DNA of 64,000 bases. It comes from Psammoneis japonica. Taxonomy: Eukaryota. Position numbers and translations under genes: made by a program. The notes under the pieces were generated by a model. The model ran no database searches. It saw only the letters and a program-made list of their open reading frames with translations, and was not told the origin of the DNA. Where the stretch lies: contig QPGO01000024.1 of NCBI GenBank assembly GCA_008632985.1, forward strand, positions 62,001 to 126,000. The letters are read 5' to 3'. Positions 1 through 12,100 of the stretch are shown in pieces. Numbering within the stretch: position 1 is the first letter of the stretch; each line of letters starts with the position of its first letter.

Positions 1-1700
1 CTGCCATTCCTTCTCTCATCCGATCAAGACCAACGGAAGCGGGGTGACCCTGAAAGAGGGCCACCGAGTCTCGTCACCTCCCGCCATTTCATCTCTTTCC
101 TCTGTTGTCAGGACCGTTGTCGCGTCTGTTTGTGCTTTTCACGGTGCTCCGGACCCATCCACCATTGCCGATGATGATCCCACATTTTTTGATCAGGGGA
201 GGGATCACTGCAGCGCAGAGGAAACATGTCAGGCCATTGAGAACTCAATCTTCCGCCAAGACACCTTGCTTGACGATCACTTTTTGAACGCTGTGCGATG
301 CTCACCTCCAATGCATCACTGTTCTTCCAACGTTGAGCAGCTTTATGATGCACCCCCATTTCTCCAACATGTTTTTCAAGGGCGACACAAAGTGTGGCAG
401 AAGCACAGGTTTTGCCAGGTGGGATGCCATTGCTTCATTTTCAACGCATCACTCGCCATGGTGGATTTCCAATTTTTGGCCCCATCTCTTCCGATGATTT
501 TTGGCGACAGGATGACTTGCCAGAATGTCCCGTTGCGGTTGATTGTTTGTGGATTGACAAAATTGTCCTTTGGTGCACGACTCAATTTGTCCAAAAGACT
601 CATTGGGAACTGCCTTTGATGTTTTTTGTCGAAGACCGATGCACTGACTGTGGGTTGGATGCTTCATTCCCGCTGCGCCCGCCGTTTGATGGGACACTGC
701 CGTTGATTGTTGTCGGGTTTGTGGATCCAGTCTTGGTGTGTTTTCTCTTGTTTGTTTTGTTCTTTGCCATTCTGGTCCTCTCTTTTTATTCGGATCGTCT
801 CTTTCTTTCTTGTTGAGCATTGCATTGCTCATCAGGGGAGGATGACAGACATCCAAGATGGGGAGCGCACTCCCTTGTGTCGGACAGACTGGCACAGACA
901 GCATGGAGAGATCCGATCATCTCTCTCTGCTCACTTTCTTTCTCATCTAGCACACGATTGTCATCTGTCCCAGATGTCCGTTAGATTGTCCCGACACCGC
1001 CAGTCCGCAAGCATTGCACAAAAAATTGGTGCATCAGATGAAAAGAGAAGAGGGAACTTGTTTGGGGACTCCATGTGGAGAACACAAAGGAGGGAAGCCC
1101 TCTGGGGAACATTGGGTGAATGTGTCTGCTTTGAGGGGACAAAGGCAAATTTAGTCAGGTGGACGTCAATTGAAATTGTCTGGGGTTCCGGGGTCATGCG
1201 GGCCGTGCTGGAATCATGAGGGGTGTGTGTGAAAACAATGAAAGCTGGCTAAATTAAATGAGCTTGACACCTCATTTGAGGAACCAAAACCCTGTGGAAC
1301 AATTTGACCCCCTCATTGAACCCGCCTCTGATGAGGGCTGGAACGCATCAAGCGGTGCTGAGCCGCAGAGATGCGTTGACAGCGCCACTTTGATTTTGAG
1401 TTTTCTTTCCTTTTTACAGCACAAACTCAGACTTCAACACAGCGGGTGTTGAAAATCTGGCAAATGGTGAGTTGATGCATCATCTGCACAACATGGCACC
1501 ATCACACGAACGGGTGCAATGGCGCGGCGTGTCAGCACAAAACTCGGCTCGCTGCCGTTCGCTGACAGCCCCTTTGCAGCCCCAAATGAAAGGTGGCACA
1601 ATCAGCCTGCTCTTGCAACGGGACTCGAAACAACGAATGTTTAGACACCTTGTCTGCCGCGTCAATGTCTTCGTCGGCTCCGTCGGTTTTTTTGACCAGT
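1..1700. other. TpA-depleted, TG/CA-rich degenerate repeat-like block (runs off window start)
   Basis: TA is almost absent apart from TTA/CTA contexts; only spurious Cys/His-rich ORFs; no recognisable domain. Confidence 0.6.
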
Positions 1701-1789
1701 TTGGCGTGTACGTGCGTGTGCCGGTGTGCGTGTTGTCACCGCGGTGATGGTCTGTACGCTCATCCGGAGCGCGCCCGCCCGCATTTGCT

Positions 1790-1812
1790 TGAGTTAAAAT
1801 AATTTTAACTCA
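1790..1812. repeat. Perfect 11-bp-arm inverted repeat at the block edge
   Basis: tgagttaaaat-a-attttaactca, followed by two tcagagccaa direct repeats. Confidence 0.8.
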
Positions 1813-2487
1813 GAGCCAAAATTTATAAATCAGAGCCAATCAAAACGCTCAGATTCTCCGTTCAAGAGTTCTTGCGATATTTTTATTTAAAGGAAGAATT
1901 CTCCGATCTATCGACCGCTTACTTGTTGGGAGGCCCACTGATGGCTGAAGGTGAAGGTGCCATGGTGACCATGGTGTCAAACCCCACCGCCCGCCGCTCA
2001 CGCCACCTCCATTTTACGTACGCCACACCACGCGTAGCTGCATAATGCATGCTTCTTATAACCCATTGAAGAGAGCCCACAGAGAAGCACCAGAGATGCT
2101 GTGAGTAAGACGTTGGCGAAGGAAATAAATGCTCGAGTTTCGTCCCGAGCTCAGTCAAGACTCAAGACGGACAGTGGCAAGAACGGTGCGATTTACAGAA
2201 ATAACCTCATTTGCGTGATTTCTGGGACGACATGACGACGAGTGAAAGCTGCTACTAGTCTACATTGGGATTGGCGGCATGCATGGTGGTTTCAACATTT
2301 GCTGGCTCCGGTGGCAGCGATCGACTCTGTTCTGTGTTTTGAAGTCCTCCAGTTGGACCCGAATTTGTGGAGGAAGCGGAGTGGATCGAAAGATCTATTT
2401 TGAGCGAGAAACGGGACCCTTGTGAAGAATGCATGTCGGGTTATGTGTTAACAAGAACAAGAGCACTTGACATTCGTTGCGACTCCA

Positions 2488-2990
2488 ATGATTCGTGGAG
2501 GAGACGACAACGACGTGCTTTCGTCGGATGTTTCGCTCTCGTCCGAAACCTTTGTTACCAAGAACAATAACATGGTGGATCCCGGCGATTTATTCAAGAA
2601 TCCCCCCTCAATCACCAAAAATGCAGTTTCCGAAGAGAAAACTACAAAAACAGAACTCTTTTGGTTGCTCTTGTGTGTTTGGGGGATCATGTTTTCCTGT
2701 GTCGCGTACGGGCTGATTTTGGAATACACGACATTGGATGGACGCAAGTTGAAGCTATCAGGAAATGCTCGAGACGCGGCGGCCTATGTTGGCAAAGAGT
2801 TGCGGGCACCGCGAGATGTGGGGATGATCCCCGCTTCGTGTTTTCCACATCGTCGATGTACACACACCATGCTCTCGTTCCAACCATGTACGTGGAGCAG
2901 TGACGACGAGGATGTCGGCTTTGTCGTCTCAAATGTTTGGTGTGCTACTCCATAGCACAGTATACAAATATTTCGCGGCATTTTTAATTG
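2488..2990 (+). pseudogene. Truncated fragment resembling the N-terminus of a UAA-family (SLC35B-like) nucleotide-sugar transporter
   Basis: ELFWLLLCVWGIMFSCVAYGLILEYTTLDGRKL resembles TM1 of UAA transporters; similarity is lost soon after and the TE block starts at ~3050. Confidence 0.45.
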
Positions 2991-3049
2991 GAATAGCCTG
3001 TCACATTATGAAACTCTCCCTAGTACAGAATTATTGTAATCAACACACT

Positions 3050-6000
3050 CTAATCTCTGCCATTTTTCGCATCCATCTTTTGAGCCTGTTCCAATCTCTC
3101 AATGGCTGACAAGCGGCAAGGTGTTTGGATTCCGTGCACTTGTCAACGCACCCGTCGGGCGTAAAGACACGACCAAAGTAATGCAGAATGAGCTTGTCAT
3201 CGTTGCAAGCCTCGAGGATCTGAGCCCTGTGCTTCTTGCCATCCTCATTGTGGCACACAGTGTCACCCTTTGCAAACGCAACTTCCTCAAAGACAATCTA
3301 GGAACCCCGAGTGGCAACGCCAGCCTTCTCGTTCGGTTCATTTTCCCTCTCGATTGCACCGGCATCGTTGTCATCCACGCGAAACGTGTGGTGGGAAGCA
3401 AGCTTCCTGGGGCATGATTGTCCAAAGTTGATCTTCTCTCAGCAGAATCAAGATTCACATTGAAGTTGGGAGACTCGTTCTGCCTAAATGGAGCTGGACA
3501 ATCTGACTCTTCGGATGATGGATGACTCGACTTGAAACACTTCTTGGGAGTTGGCGCAGTGCTCCTGTTCATCAGGAACTCACGATGCTGTTCCTCTGTG
3601 CATGGTGCTTGCAGCTGTGTTCCTCAAACTCTCAGCAAGCTGAGTGCATCTCTTGCTGATGCTGATCAAAATCTGGGTCGCCCATTGCCCGGTCATCATT
3701 CCGTTTGGAGCTCTGAGGACTCATCAATCTGACTGACAATGGGTGTTGCCATGATGCCCAAAGCTGATGCAGCTTGTGCGGAGGGACAAGCACGGGACCA
3801 GAAGACCACCGATGATGCTGCTTGTCATGTGGGTCAAGAGCTTGCTGAGCTGGAGCATCTTCTTGAGGCTCGAGGAGAAATTTCCAAGGGAGGAAGCAAG
3901 AGCCCACAGTTGGCTGCAGCAAGCTTCTCAGAATCGCATTTTGAGAGGCTTGATGCAACAGTCTCAAGGTGAACATTTCTGTGTGCAATCAAAGACTGCA
4001 GCACAGCTCATTGATGGAACTGATTCAAGTGACAACATCATTGGGAACATTCGCTCACAAATTGCAGGTGGCATGTGCTGGAGGGGGGGGGTGTCAACCC
4101 TCCCAAACTTGCTTCTTTGTGTTGTGCACTGAGTTTGAGCACTGCCAATTTGCCAAAATGTTGTGTTTGGGTGCCAGCTGCATTCTGTCATTCTTTCAGG
4201 AGCTCAGATGAGGAGCCTTGTTGCACATTTTGTCATCCGTTTGTCATCCAAAAAAAGTGCAGAAGGGAAGAAATGAGAGAAAAAAGCAGCCTCCTTGCTC
4301 GCACTTTGGTTTTTCATTTTTCTGACCGCTTCTTGGGATCCAGTCTCACGAGCATTCAATTTCAGTTTTGGTCACATGGCTGCAGTTGATTGTCACTGAC
4401 AAGTTTACATGCAGCACCTTTCAAAAGAATCAGCACTTCAAAAGAAAATGATCACCTTCCAGCACCTTGAAATTCCAAATTCCTGGGCCACCACCTGCAC
4501 TCAGCACCTTTGGTCTCAGCACTTTGAAAGAAGCATCTTCACTGTCTGCATCTGTTGTCCTCTTCAGTGCACCCAGCCTCATTTTTCACTGACACCACCC
4601 TGGTCAAGTGATGCAAAAGTTTTGTGAAGGTTTGAAAACATTGCAGTCTGTGCACATGTTTGCTTGTGAGTGTGTGAGTGGTGGGTGAGTGCACAAGTGT
4701 GTGAGCAGCTTTGAGTTGGTTTGTGGGACACATGTGCTTTTCATGCAACCTCTGGGTTGGGTTTAGTGTTTGCACATGACTGCACATGGCGAATCTGGCA
4801 GCAACTCATTTGTGTGTTCTCAGGGGTTGGGACCTCGTGCAATGACTCTGGAGTTGAAAGGACAAAACTTTGTGCTGGCTGTTCATCTTCATTGCACAAG
4901 GCAAGACACCCACAAGATTGCACCCATTTGTGCACATGATGCGCATGAGCATCAGCTCAGTCTCAACAAGTGCTCACCCCTTTTTTTCACTTGGTTCATT
5001 TTAGTTGCTTTTGAGTCTCTCATGTCCAAGGTGGCATCTTGTTTTTGTCTCTGGCGGCCATTGGATCTACAGAGAAAGGCCGGCAAACAACTTGCACCTT
5101 GTCAATTTGGGGCTGTCATCTTCAGGCCTGTGCCAATTTGTGGTGACAAAGTGTCAACAAGTGCAAACTGAAGAAGATGTGTGCAGTGACATGTGGAGTT
5201 CACCGGCCAACTTGTCACAGCCATGCAAGGCAAGACACCCACAAGGTTGCATCTGTTTTGTGCATCTGATGAACAAGCATTGGCTCCATCTTGATCAGCA
5301 CTCACAGTCCATTGCAATGCCTTTTTTGCTTGACTGGCTGTGATCATTCTGCCAATCTCGAAGAAGTGCTCAGCCATGAAGAAGACATGTGTTGACCACA
5401 ACTGCATCAAAAAGGCCAAAGTCAAATCTGCCACAATTGACTCTGGAACATCAGCACCACAATCAACATCTGCTTCATCTCCAAGCTTGGCCTTGCACCT
5501 GTCGCCAACCTTGGGAATGTCAGTCACAGTGTGAGTTTCCCTGGAGATGGCAATTGCAGATGCCATGCTGTGTGCAAAGGCCCAGAGGATGCTGGCTCAG
5601 CAGCAGAGGAAGGTTCTTTTGATGAAGACATGGGTGGCTTTAGAAAACTTGTGCATGATCATGCTGAGCAGAACTTTGTGGGCATTTGTGCAGTTTGCCC
5701 TTGGACACTGGGACAAGCACAAGGAGAAGGACAACTCTGCAGCAGATGATGATTGCGGAGGTCTTCTTGCCATTCAAGTTGATTGTAAAATTGTCAGTGA
5801 TTTCAAGGTTGACAAGAGCAAGGAGTGCAACAGCGACATTGATCACAAAGGTTGATTTTGAAAATTGCTCACTTGAATTGTGGCTGTGGCCCCGTCATTG
5901 GTGTGATGCAAATCAAAGGCTCCATCCTTGCACTTCAGTGTGAGCAACCAATTGTCTGCATTTGTGAAGGAGCAGGCAGAAACACCATCATTTGCCATTG

Positions 6001-8850
6001 TTCCAATGGAAAAGTGCAGCTGCTTTCAATGGCTGAGAGACACTTGGCTGTCACCTTTGGCCAATTCCATCATGATCATCCATGACAGCACTGGCCATTT
6101 TTCATGCTTGAGTCAGTTGCACAGAAGTGACATGGTCAGTCCTTGCATGCTGAGTCAGAGTTGCTTCTTTTTGATGACAGCAATGTGCAATCTCACATTT
6201 GTGCATCTTGTGCATGTCTGTTGCCACCATTTCTTGCCACTGCAAGATCACCTCTCCACCAATTGAGCTGTTGGCATGGTCACTGGCGACATTGCCAAAT
6301 CATCAATCACTGCTGGTGTGGTTTGTTTTGTTGCTGCCCAACTGGTTGCCACCTGTGGAGCCAAAGGATGGGCTCAACCCTGCCTTTGCAAAGCACCAAG
6401 CAAAAGCCACCTCTGCTCAGAAGCACCTGGTGCTGAAAATCCACACAAATTCAATGAACAAATCATTCATGGTGCATGGAACATTTCACACATGGTGGAC
6501 CAACAGGAGGAAGAGCAAGAGCAGACTGCAAAAAGCCACCACTGCAGTGATGCAGTCTTGTGTGGATTTAGCACAAATGGATTTGGCAGACAAATCAATG
6601 CAGTTGGTGGAGGTTTGATTCCTGCTGTGGTGTGTGAGAGCAACTGCATCAAGTTGAGTCACAAAGTCTGGACAAACGTTGTCATCATCAACACTTGTGC
6701 TGTGTTGAGTTTAGATGCAGTGTGGTGCATCCTCATTGCAACAAGAAATTTGAAATCCTGCTGTTGTGTGGGCCTGCAGTTGGCACCCTGGAATGCAGCA
6801 CTCCAAAAGGCAGGTGCTCAATTGTTAAAAAGGTGCTGAAGATGAAAAAAGGTGCTGACTTTTTGGCCATTTTTTGAAAGGTGCAGGATTTTTAAGGGTG
6901 CTGAGTGCAGCATCATTTGTCTCAGTGCACTCTCGAGGACAAATGCAAGACCAACAAAAAAGTTAGACCACAACTTGTTCTTGTCTCAATCCATGGAATG
7001 GATGCTCATTTCTGCTGTGCAGCATCATCTGTTGCAAGCAACCATTTGAGTGACTTTTTTAGATTTTTTTTGCCGTGGCAACAAGGGTGAATTCTGCCAC
7101 CATGGTGGTGGTCATTTGCCATCTTTTGTCACAATGCAGCCTTCTTTTCCCTCCATCAAAGGCTTTCATCTGTTGTTGCTTTGTGTGAGCGTCAATGTTG
7201 GTGTTGCTTCAAAAATCTCAAATTCATCAGCAAGATGCTTGCATTGTCTGTTGTCTGCACAAAGTGCTTGTTCTTTGTGTTGTTTTGAAGGGGACAATGC
7301 TGTGGCGCCAGCATTTCTTTGCATGTCATCACCACCTTGGGGCTGTCTCACAATGCAAATGATGGTGTGTTGAAATGGTGTTCCCTGCAATTTGCTGAAG
7401 AAAAGACAGAATTAGAGGAGATGTGCAAGGAGCCATGTGACCACAACGAGAGGACGGATTGCTGTCACAGGCAGAGCTTGGACAAGCAGCATGAGTCAGT
7501 GACAAGTGGGCCAAGAAGGTCATTGCAAAGCTTCAGAATGAAGAGGGGCTCATTGATCCTTGCTGTCAAAAGTCTTTGAGACACAGGAGGGCATGAGCAC
7601 TGTGATGCTGGACTCGGACAATGCTGTTTGTGGGAAAATTTTTGAGTGTGCCTTCTGACAGCCCCACCTTGGGCACCTGAGATGAAGCCAATTGAGCCAC
7701 TGTGGAATTGTCTGGTGGAACATCTTTTGTCAGCCCATTTGGATGACCACCTGTTTTTTTTTTGGAGGGCATCAGGTGGCCTGCCATGCAGCTGCTGTTG
7801 TGCAGTCATTCATGCCAGCAGACATGGAGCCAGCCTGCCGCAACTGTCCACTGTGGCTGCCAAATCTGGCCAGAGTTGACTCTGACATTGCAGCATCTCT
7901 GTGATTGTCAACACATTGCAGTCTTTTGCCATTTTAAAAATGAGTGCACTCCAGTGCAGTTGCCAGTGGACATGGGACAGCAGGAAGAAAAGCCTGCTTT
8001 GGCTTCTCCCTGCTTGCTTCTCCCATTGTCAAATTGTGACAAAACACATGTGCCATGTCACTGGTGCCATCACGGCATGTGCTCCAGCCCAGAGGAACTT
8101 CTCTTCCTGCAGCTTTGGCAGAGGTGGGAAGTGGAGTGGAGTTGGAGGTGGCCTGCTGTGGGTTTGTCAACAACATTTCACCCGCAGCACCGTTGCAACA
8201 GCACAGTCTGTTGCTGGCATTGTCATGCACGGCTCTCCAGCCCACTGCAGAGGAAGGGCTGGCTGCACTGGAGGCAGCGGCAGCTGAGACAGCATGGTGT
8301 GAGACCAGCTGCCTCCCACGACAGAACTCAAAAAAATGGGGGTGCCACTGTGGCCACTGGCTGCTGGCAAGAGTTTGCTGTTGCGTGTCATTGCCAAAAA
8401 AGGATTGACAAAATGAGTGTTGAGTGTTTGCAAGACACAGTGCAAGACACACAGCCAATCTCAAATCAACAACTTGCAATGTGGGGCACATCATTTGAGT
8501 TTAAACTGGCAAGTCAAAAAACCATGGGAACTGCTTTGTTTGTGACAAGACAAAACTCTATTCAGTTGCAGCTCAACTTGTCATCGCATTCATCAAGGCA
8601 GCTCAATGACCAATTTACTTGGCGCATGACTTCTTGAAAGGATCCTTCATCACTGCTGACAACAGAGGAGTCTGGAAGGCTTTCAGGCAATCACTGGATG
8701 TTCACAGCAGCTGGGATTGCACCACCACTGTGGCAATCCACGGAATCTTCTCTCAGCCAGATTTTTGACTCAGCTCGTCATCTGGTTCATCCTTTCTTGA
8801 CATCACATCATTGCACTCGTCAAGCAAAACAGGGTTGTGGCCATCAGACC
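3050..8850. other. Old, heavily decayed repeat/TE block depleted of both TpA and CpG
   Basis: Dominated by TG/CA; no assignable protein. Contains a degenerate direct duplication (gcaagacacccacaag...) at ~4893-4978 and ~5222-5306. Confidence 0.6.
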
Positions 8851-9126
8851 TGACAGAAATTGAAGGCAAATGGCAAGAATTCAAACAATGACTCCTTGCT
8901 GCTGTCTAAATGGCAGATGAGTCTCCGCTCAGAGACCGTTGCAGGAGCCGAAAGACGTGCAAGTCGGCACAATCGGGCTGCTGTTGTTGTCCTTGTGAGC
9001 CTTGTGGCTCGAAAGCAAACTGCATCGTGCGTGAACGCGCGGAACTAAAGCACACAAAACTGTGCGCGGTAAACTAAACAGCGCGCGATGCTTCGCGCGC
9101 ACCCAAATCCTGTTCAAATCCTGTCA
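8851..9126 (-). repeat. 3' LTR of the Copia element (276 bp)
   Basis: On the minus strand the purine tract ggggag directly precedes TGACAG at 9126; the LTR ends CTGTCA at 8851, next to the TSD. Confidence 0.85.
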
Positions 9127-9129
9127 CTC

Positions 9130-12100
9130 CCCAGTTTGCTTGAGGAGTCACAGAAACAGATTCGACTTCGGATGGAATGAAGTTCCAGAACATGAGGGGG
9201 CGGAGAAGGTCCCAGATTTGGGAGCAACCCCAATGCTTGCTGAGAATGTCAGCAGGGTTGCGGGAGCCTTCGATGAAGTGGAACTCAAGGCAACCAGAGG
9301 CAATTGCCTCACGCACACGGTGGAACGACAGTGCGGTGTGTCGCTTGTGTAACTTGGAGTGCGGGATGGTGGCACTGTCTACAACCGACTTGTTGTCACC
9401 GAACATGCAACTGACATTACGGATCGGGACGCCAAGGTGGCGCAGGGTGATGCGCAGGTCGACAATCTGCTCAACACAAGTCCTTGCGGCAACAAATTCA
9501 GACCCGCAGGTCGCAGTCTCCACGGTGGCTTGCTTCTTAGAGAACCAATCAGCCGGGAATTTGTTGAGGAAGTGGAGCATTCCCATGACAGAGCGTCCGG
9601 TGAGCATGCAATGGTGCAAGTTTGCATCGACGTAGTGGGTGGCAGTGACGAACTTGCCAAGGGGCGGTGGAGCGTCCTTCGGGATCATCTCTTCTGCTTC
9701 GCCACACACGGAATGCATCCATTCACAGGCCGGAGCAGGGAGATCCGAACAGTCGGGCTCTTCCGTGCGAACGCGGAGAGCACCGTGTCGCATCTTGGAG
9801 AGGTGCCCACAGACGCGTTTGGCACGATCCAAGTGGCCTTGACGGGGCGCAGCTCGGAAGCTGGGGAGTGACATGACGGCCGTGGCAATGTCAATTTGAC
9901 CAAGGGACACTGCCCATTGGAGTGAACCAACAAGAGACTGGAACTTGTGAATGCCATCGGGTCCCAGCAGTTCGGAAGTGTCCAGTTCGGGGTGGTCACC
10001 CTTCTCCAGAGGTGACAGGGCATTGGTGGTGGGTTTCTCCCCAAACAGTCGGGCTCAGCTGTCGACCATGCGCTCGATGTACTTGCGCGGAGACAGGCAC
10101 AAGGTTCCGTCGGGATCCCGGGAAAAAAGTCGCAACCCAGATGGAACTCAATGGGTCCCGCACCCTTGAGCTTGAACTTGTGCTTTTCCGTGAGAGTGTC
10201 GACGAAAGATTGAGGGTCCTTCATGGCAATGGCGAGGTCATCCACATAAACGGCAATGCATTCATGGTGGTCGCCGTTCCTGCGCATCCAAATGTCGGGT
10301 TCGGCGCGGCAGGGGAAGAAGCCTTCAGCTCGCAGGCAGTCGGCGAAGCGCTCGTGCCAGCGGAGACCGGAGCTGCGCAGTCCATACAGTGCCTTGTGGA
10401 TGACAAGGATGTGTCCTTCGAGTTTGCCAAATTCGGGTCCGGCTGCAATGTAAAGCTTCTCCTTGGTGGTGGCTTCAAGGTGGGCATTGCCAATGTCGGT
10501 GGCCCATGTCTCCAACTCGTTGAGTTCGGCCAGGAAAATCATCAGCCGAAGGCCACGGAGGGAGACTGCTCCGGAGTGGACACTGTCGACAGGTACGTCC
10601 GTGAGGTGCCCGTCGGCTACGAGTCGTGCCTTGTGGCGACCGTCGTGTTTCACGTCGTACACTGGGTGCACTCGGATCTTCTTGTGTCCCGCAGGAGGAG
10701 TGGAAGACTTGAAGGGCCCGCAGTCATGGAAGACTTCGCATTCGTCGAGTTGGTCCATCTCGAGATTAGTTGCGTCTTCCCACTTGCGGTTGTCGTTGCG
10801 TTTGTCTAGTGACATGGCGTGTTTGCAGTTCCGGGGAACTTCGTGTCCGTACTTGTAGCGAGGTGCAGTGCGGAAGGAGCAAAGCTTGGCTTGGTTGGCC
10901 ATGCGAAATAGCTTCTTTTGGCGCCTCGCGATGGTGCGGAACCGCTTCCAGCCATCCGTGTCGAGGAGTCCGTTCTCTCGTGCGTAGATGGCACAGGTGA
11001 CGGGGTCGTCCTTGGCGATGATGGCAAGAGGCTCGGACGTGATCTCCCCACTTTCCCATTCAAGCATGATGTTGTAGCTTGAGCCTTTCCAGGTTGGGTC
11101 GTGAGGCTTCAGAGGTCCTTCGTGTGACACGATGCGTCGAAATTTCCAAACAGTGGTGTCTTCGTCTTCTTGCTCAATGTGATTCATGATGTCATTGTAG
11201 GCAAGGACTTCCTCGCATTCGTCATTGTTGACAGAGCAGACGAACTTAGTGAGCTCGGGATTGCCGTTCACTTTCCATTCGTGGTCTTCGACGGCCTTGA
11301 TGATGCGAGCTCTGTGGCGTTGTCCGTCCTCTTGTGGCTGCATGAGGAAGGTACGTCCAATGATGTCTTGCGGATCGAAAACTGGCATCTTGGGTGTCCT
11401 GATCTCCCCATCAGGAGAATCAACGGGGTTGTCGTCATGGCGAGATTTGATGATGGGTTCAGGTGGCTCCCCATCAGGAGGATCAAGACGCAGGTTTCGA
11501 ACGGCAGGATCGGTGGCAGCGGAGCGGACGTTGGACCGGCAGAGGATCTTCTGAGTCTCGTCAGATAGAATCTTGAAGGTCATCTGGTGGCCGACGTGCT
11601 CAGCAATGCCAACGAAGCGTCCGCGCAACTCACGGGATTCGGACAGCCAATCGGAGTCATCGAGGTGGAAGTGCACGGGTTCCCACCAGTGAAAGCGAAG
11701 CAATGGGCTGATGTCCGGGGTGGAGCCAGTGAGAGTCTCGAGGGGCGTGCGCCAGTGGAGACATGGGGACGCTGTGTGGTTGAGTGTGAAGCACACGTGC
11801 ATGAGCGCCAGCAGCCATGTGTGGGCGGGCGAACCAAAACGATCCATGACGGTGTTCGCCATGCGCTTCACGGTCTGGCATCGACGCTCGGCAAAGTTTT
11901 GGTGTTGCTGGTGAGGCTCACTTTGCCAGCTGGAGATGAAGAGGGCGCGTGGGATCCCAAGCACTTTGTTGCTGATCTCAACTTGAGCACGGTCGCTGAT
12001 GAGTTTGGATGGGGCACCACGTTCACGGATCTGATCCTCGAGTGTGTTGACAAACTCTTTGTCCGTCTTAGTGCCGTGGACGTCAGTGACGGTAGACTCG

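Noticed and set aside
3050..8850. Many overlapping Cys/His-rich ORFs here and in 33.7-40, 50-51.4 and 57-58.5 kb
   Set aside because: Expected by-product of TA loss (fewer TAA/TAG stops, more TGY/CAY codons); no recognisable domains.
8860..9048. Duplicate MKANGKNSNN... peptide, also at the start of ORF 13426-14202
   Set aside because: Translation of the inverted LTR segment, not a gene.
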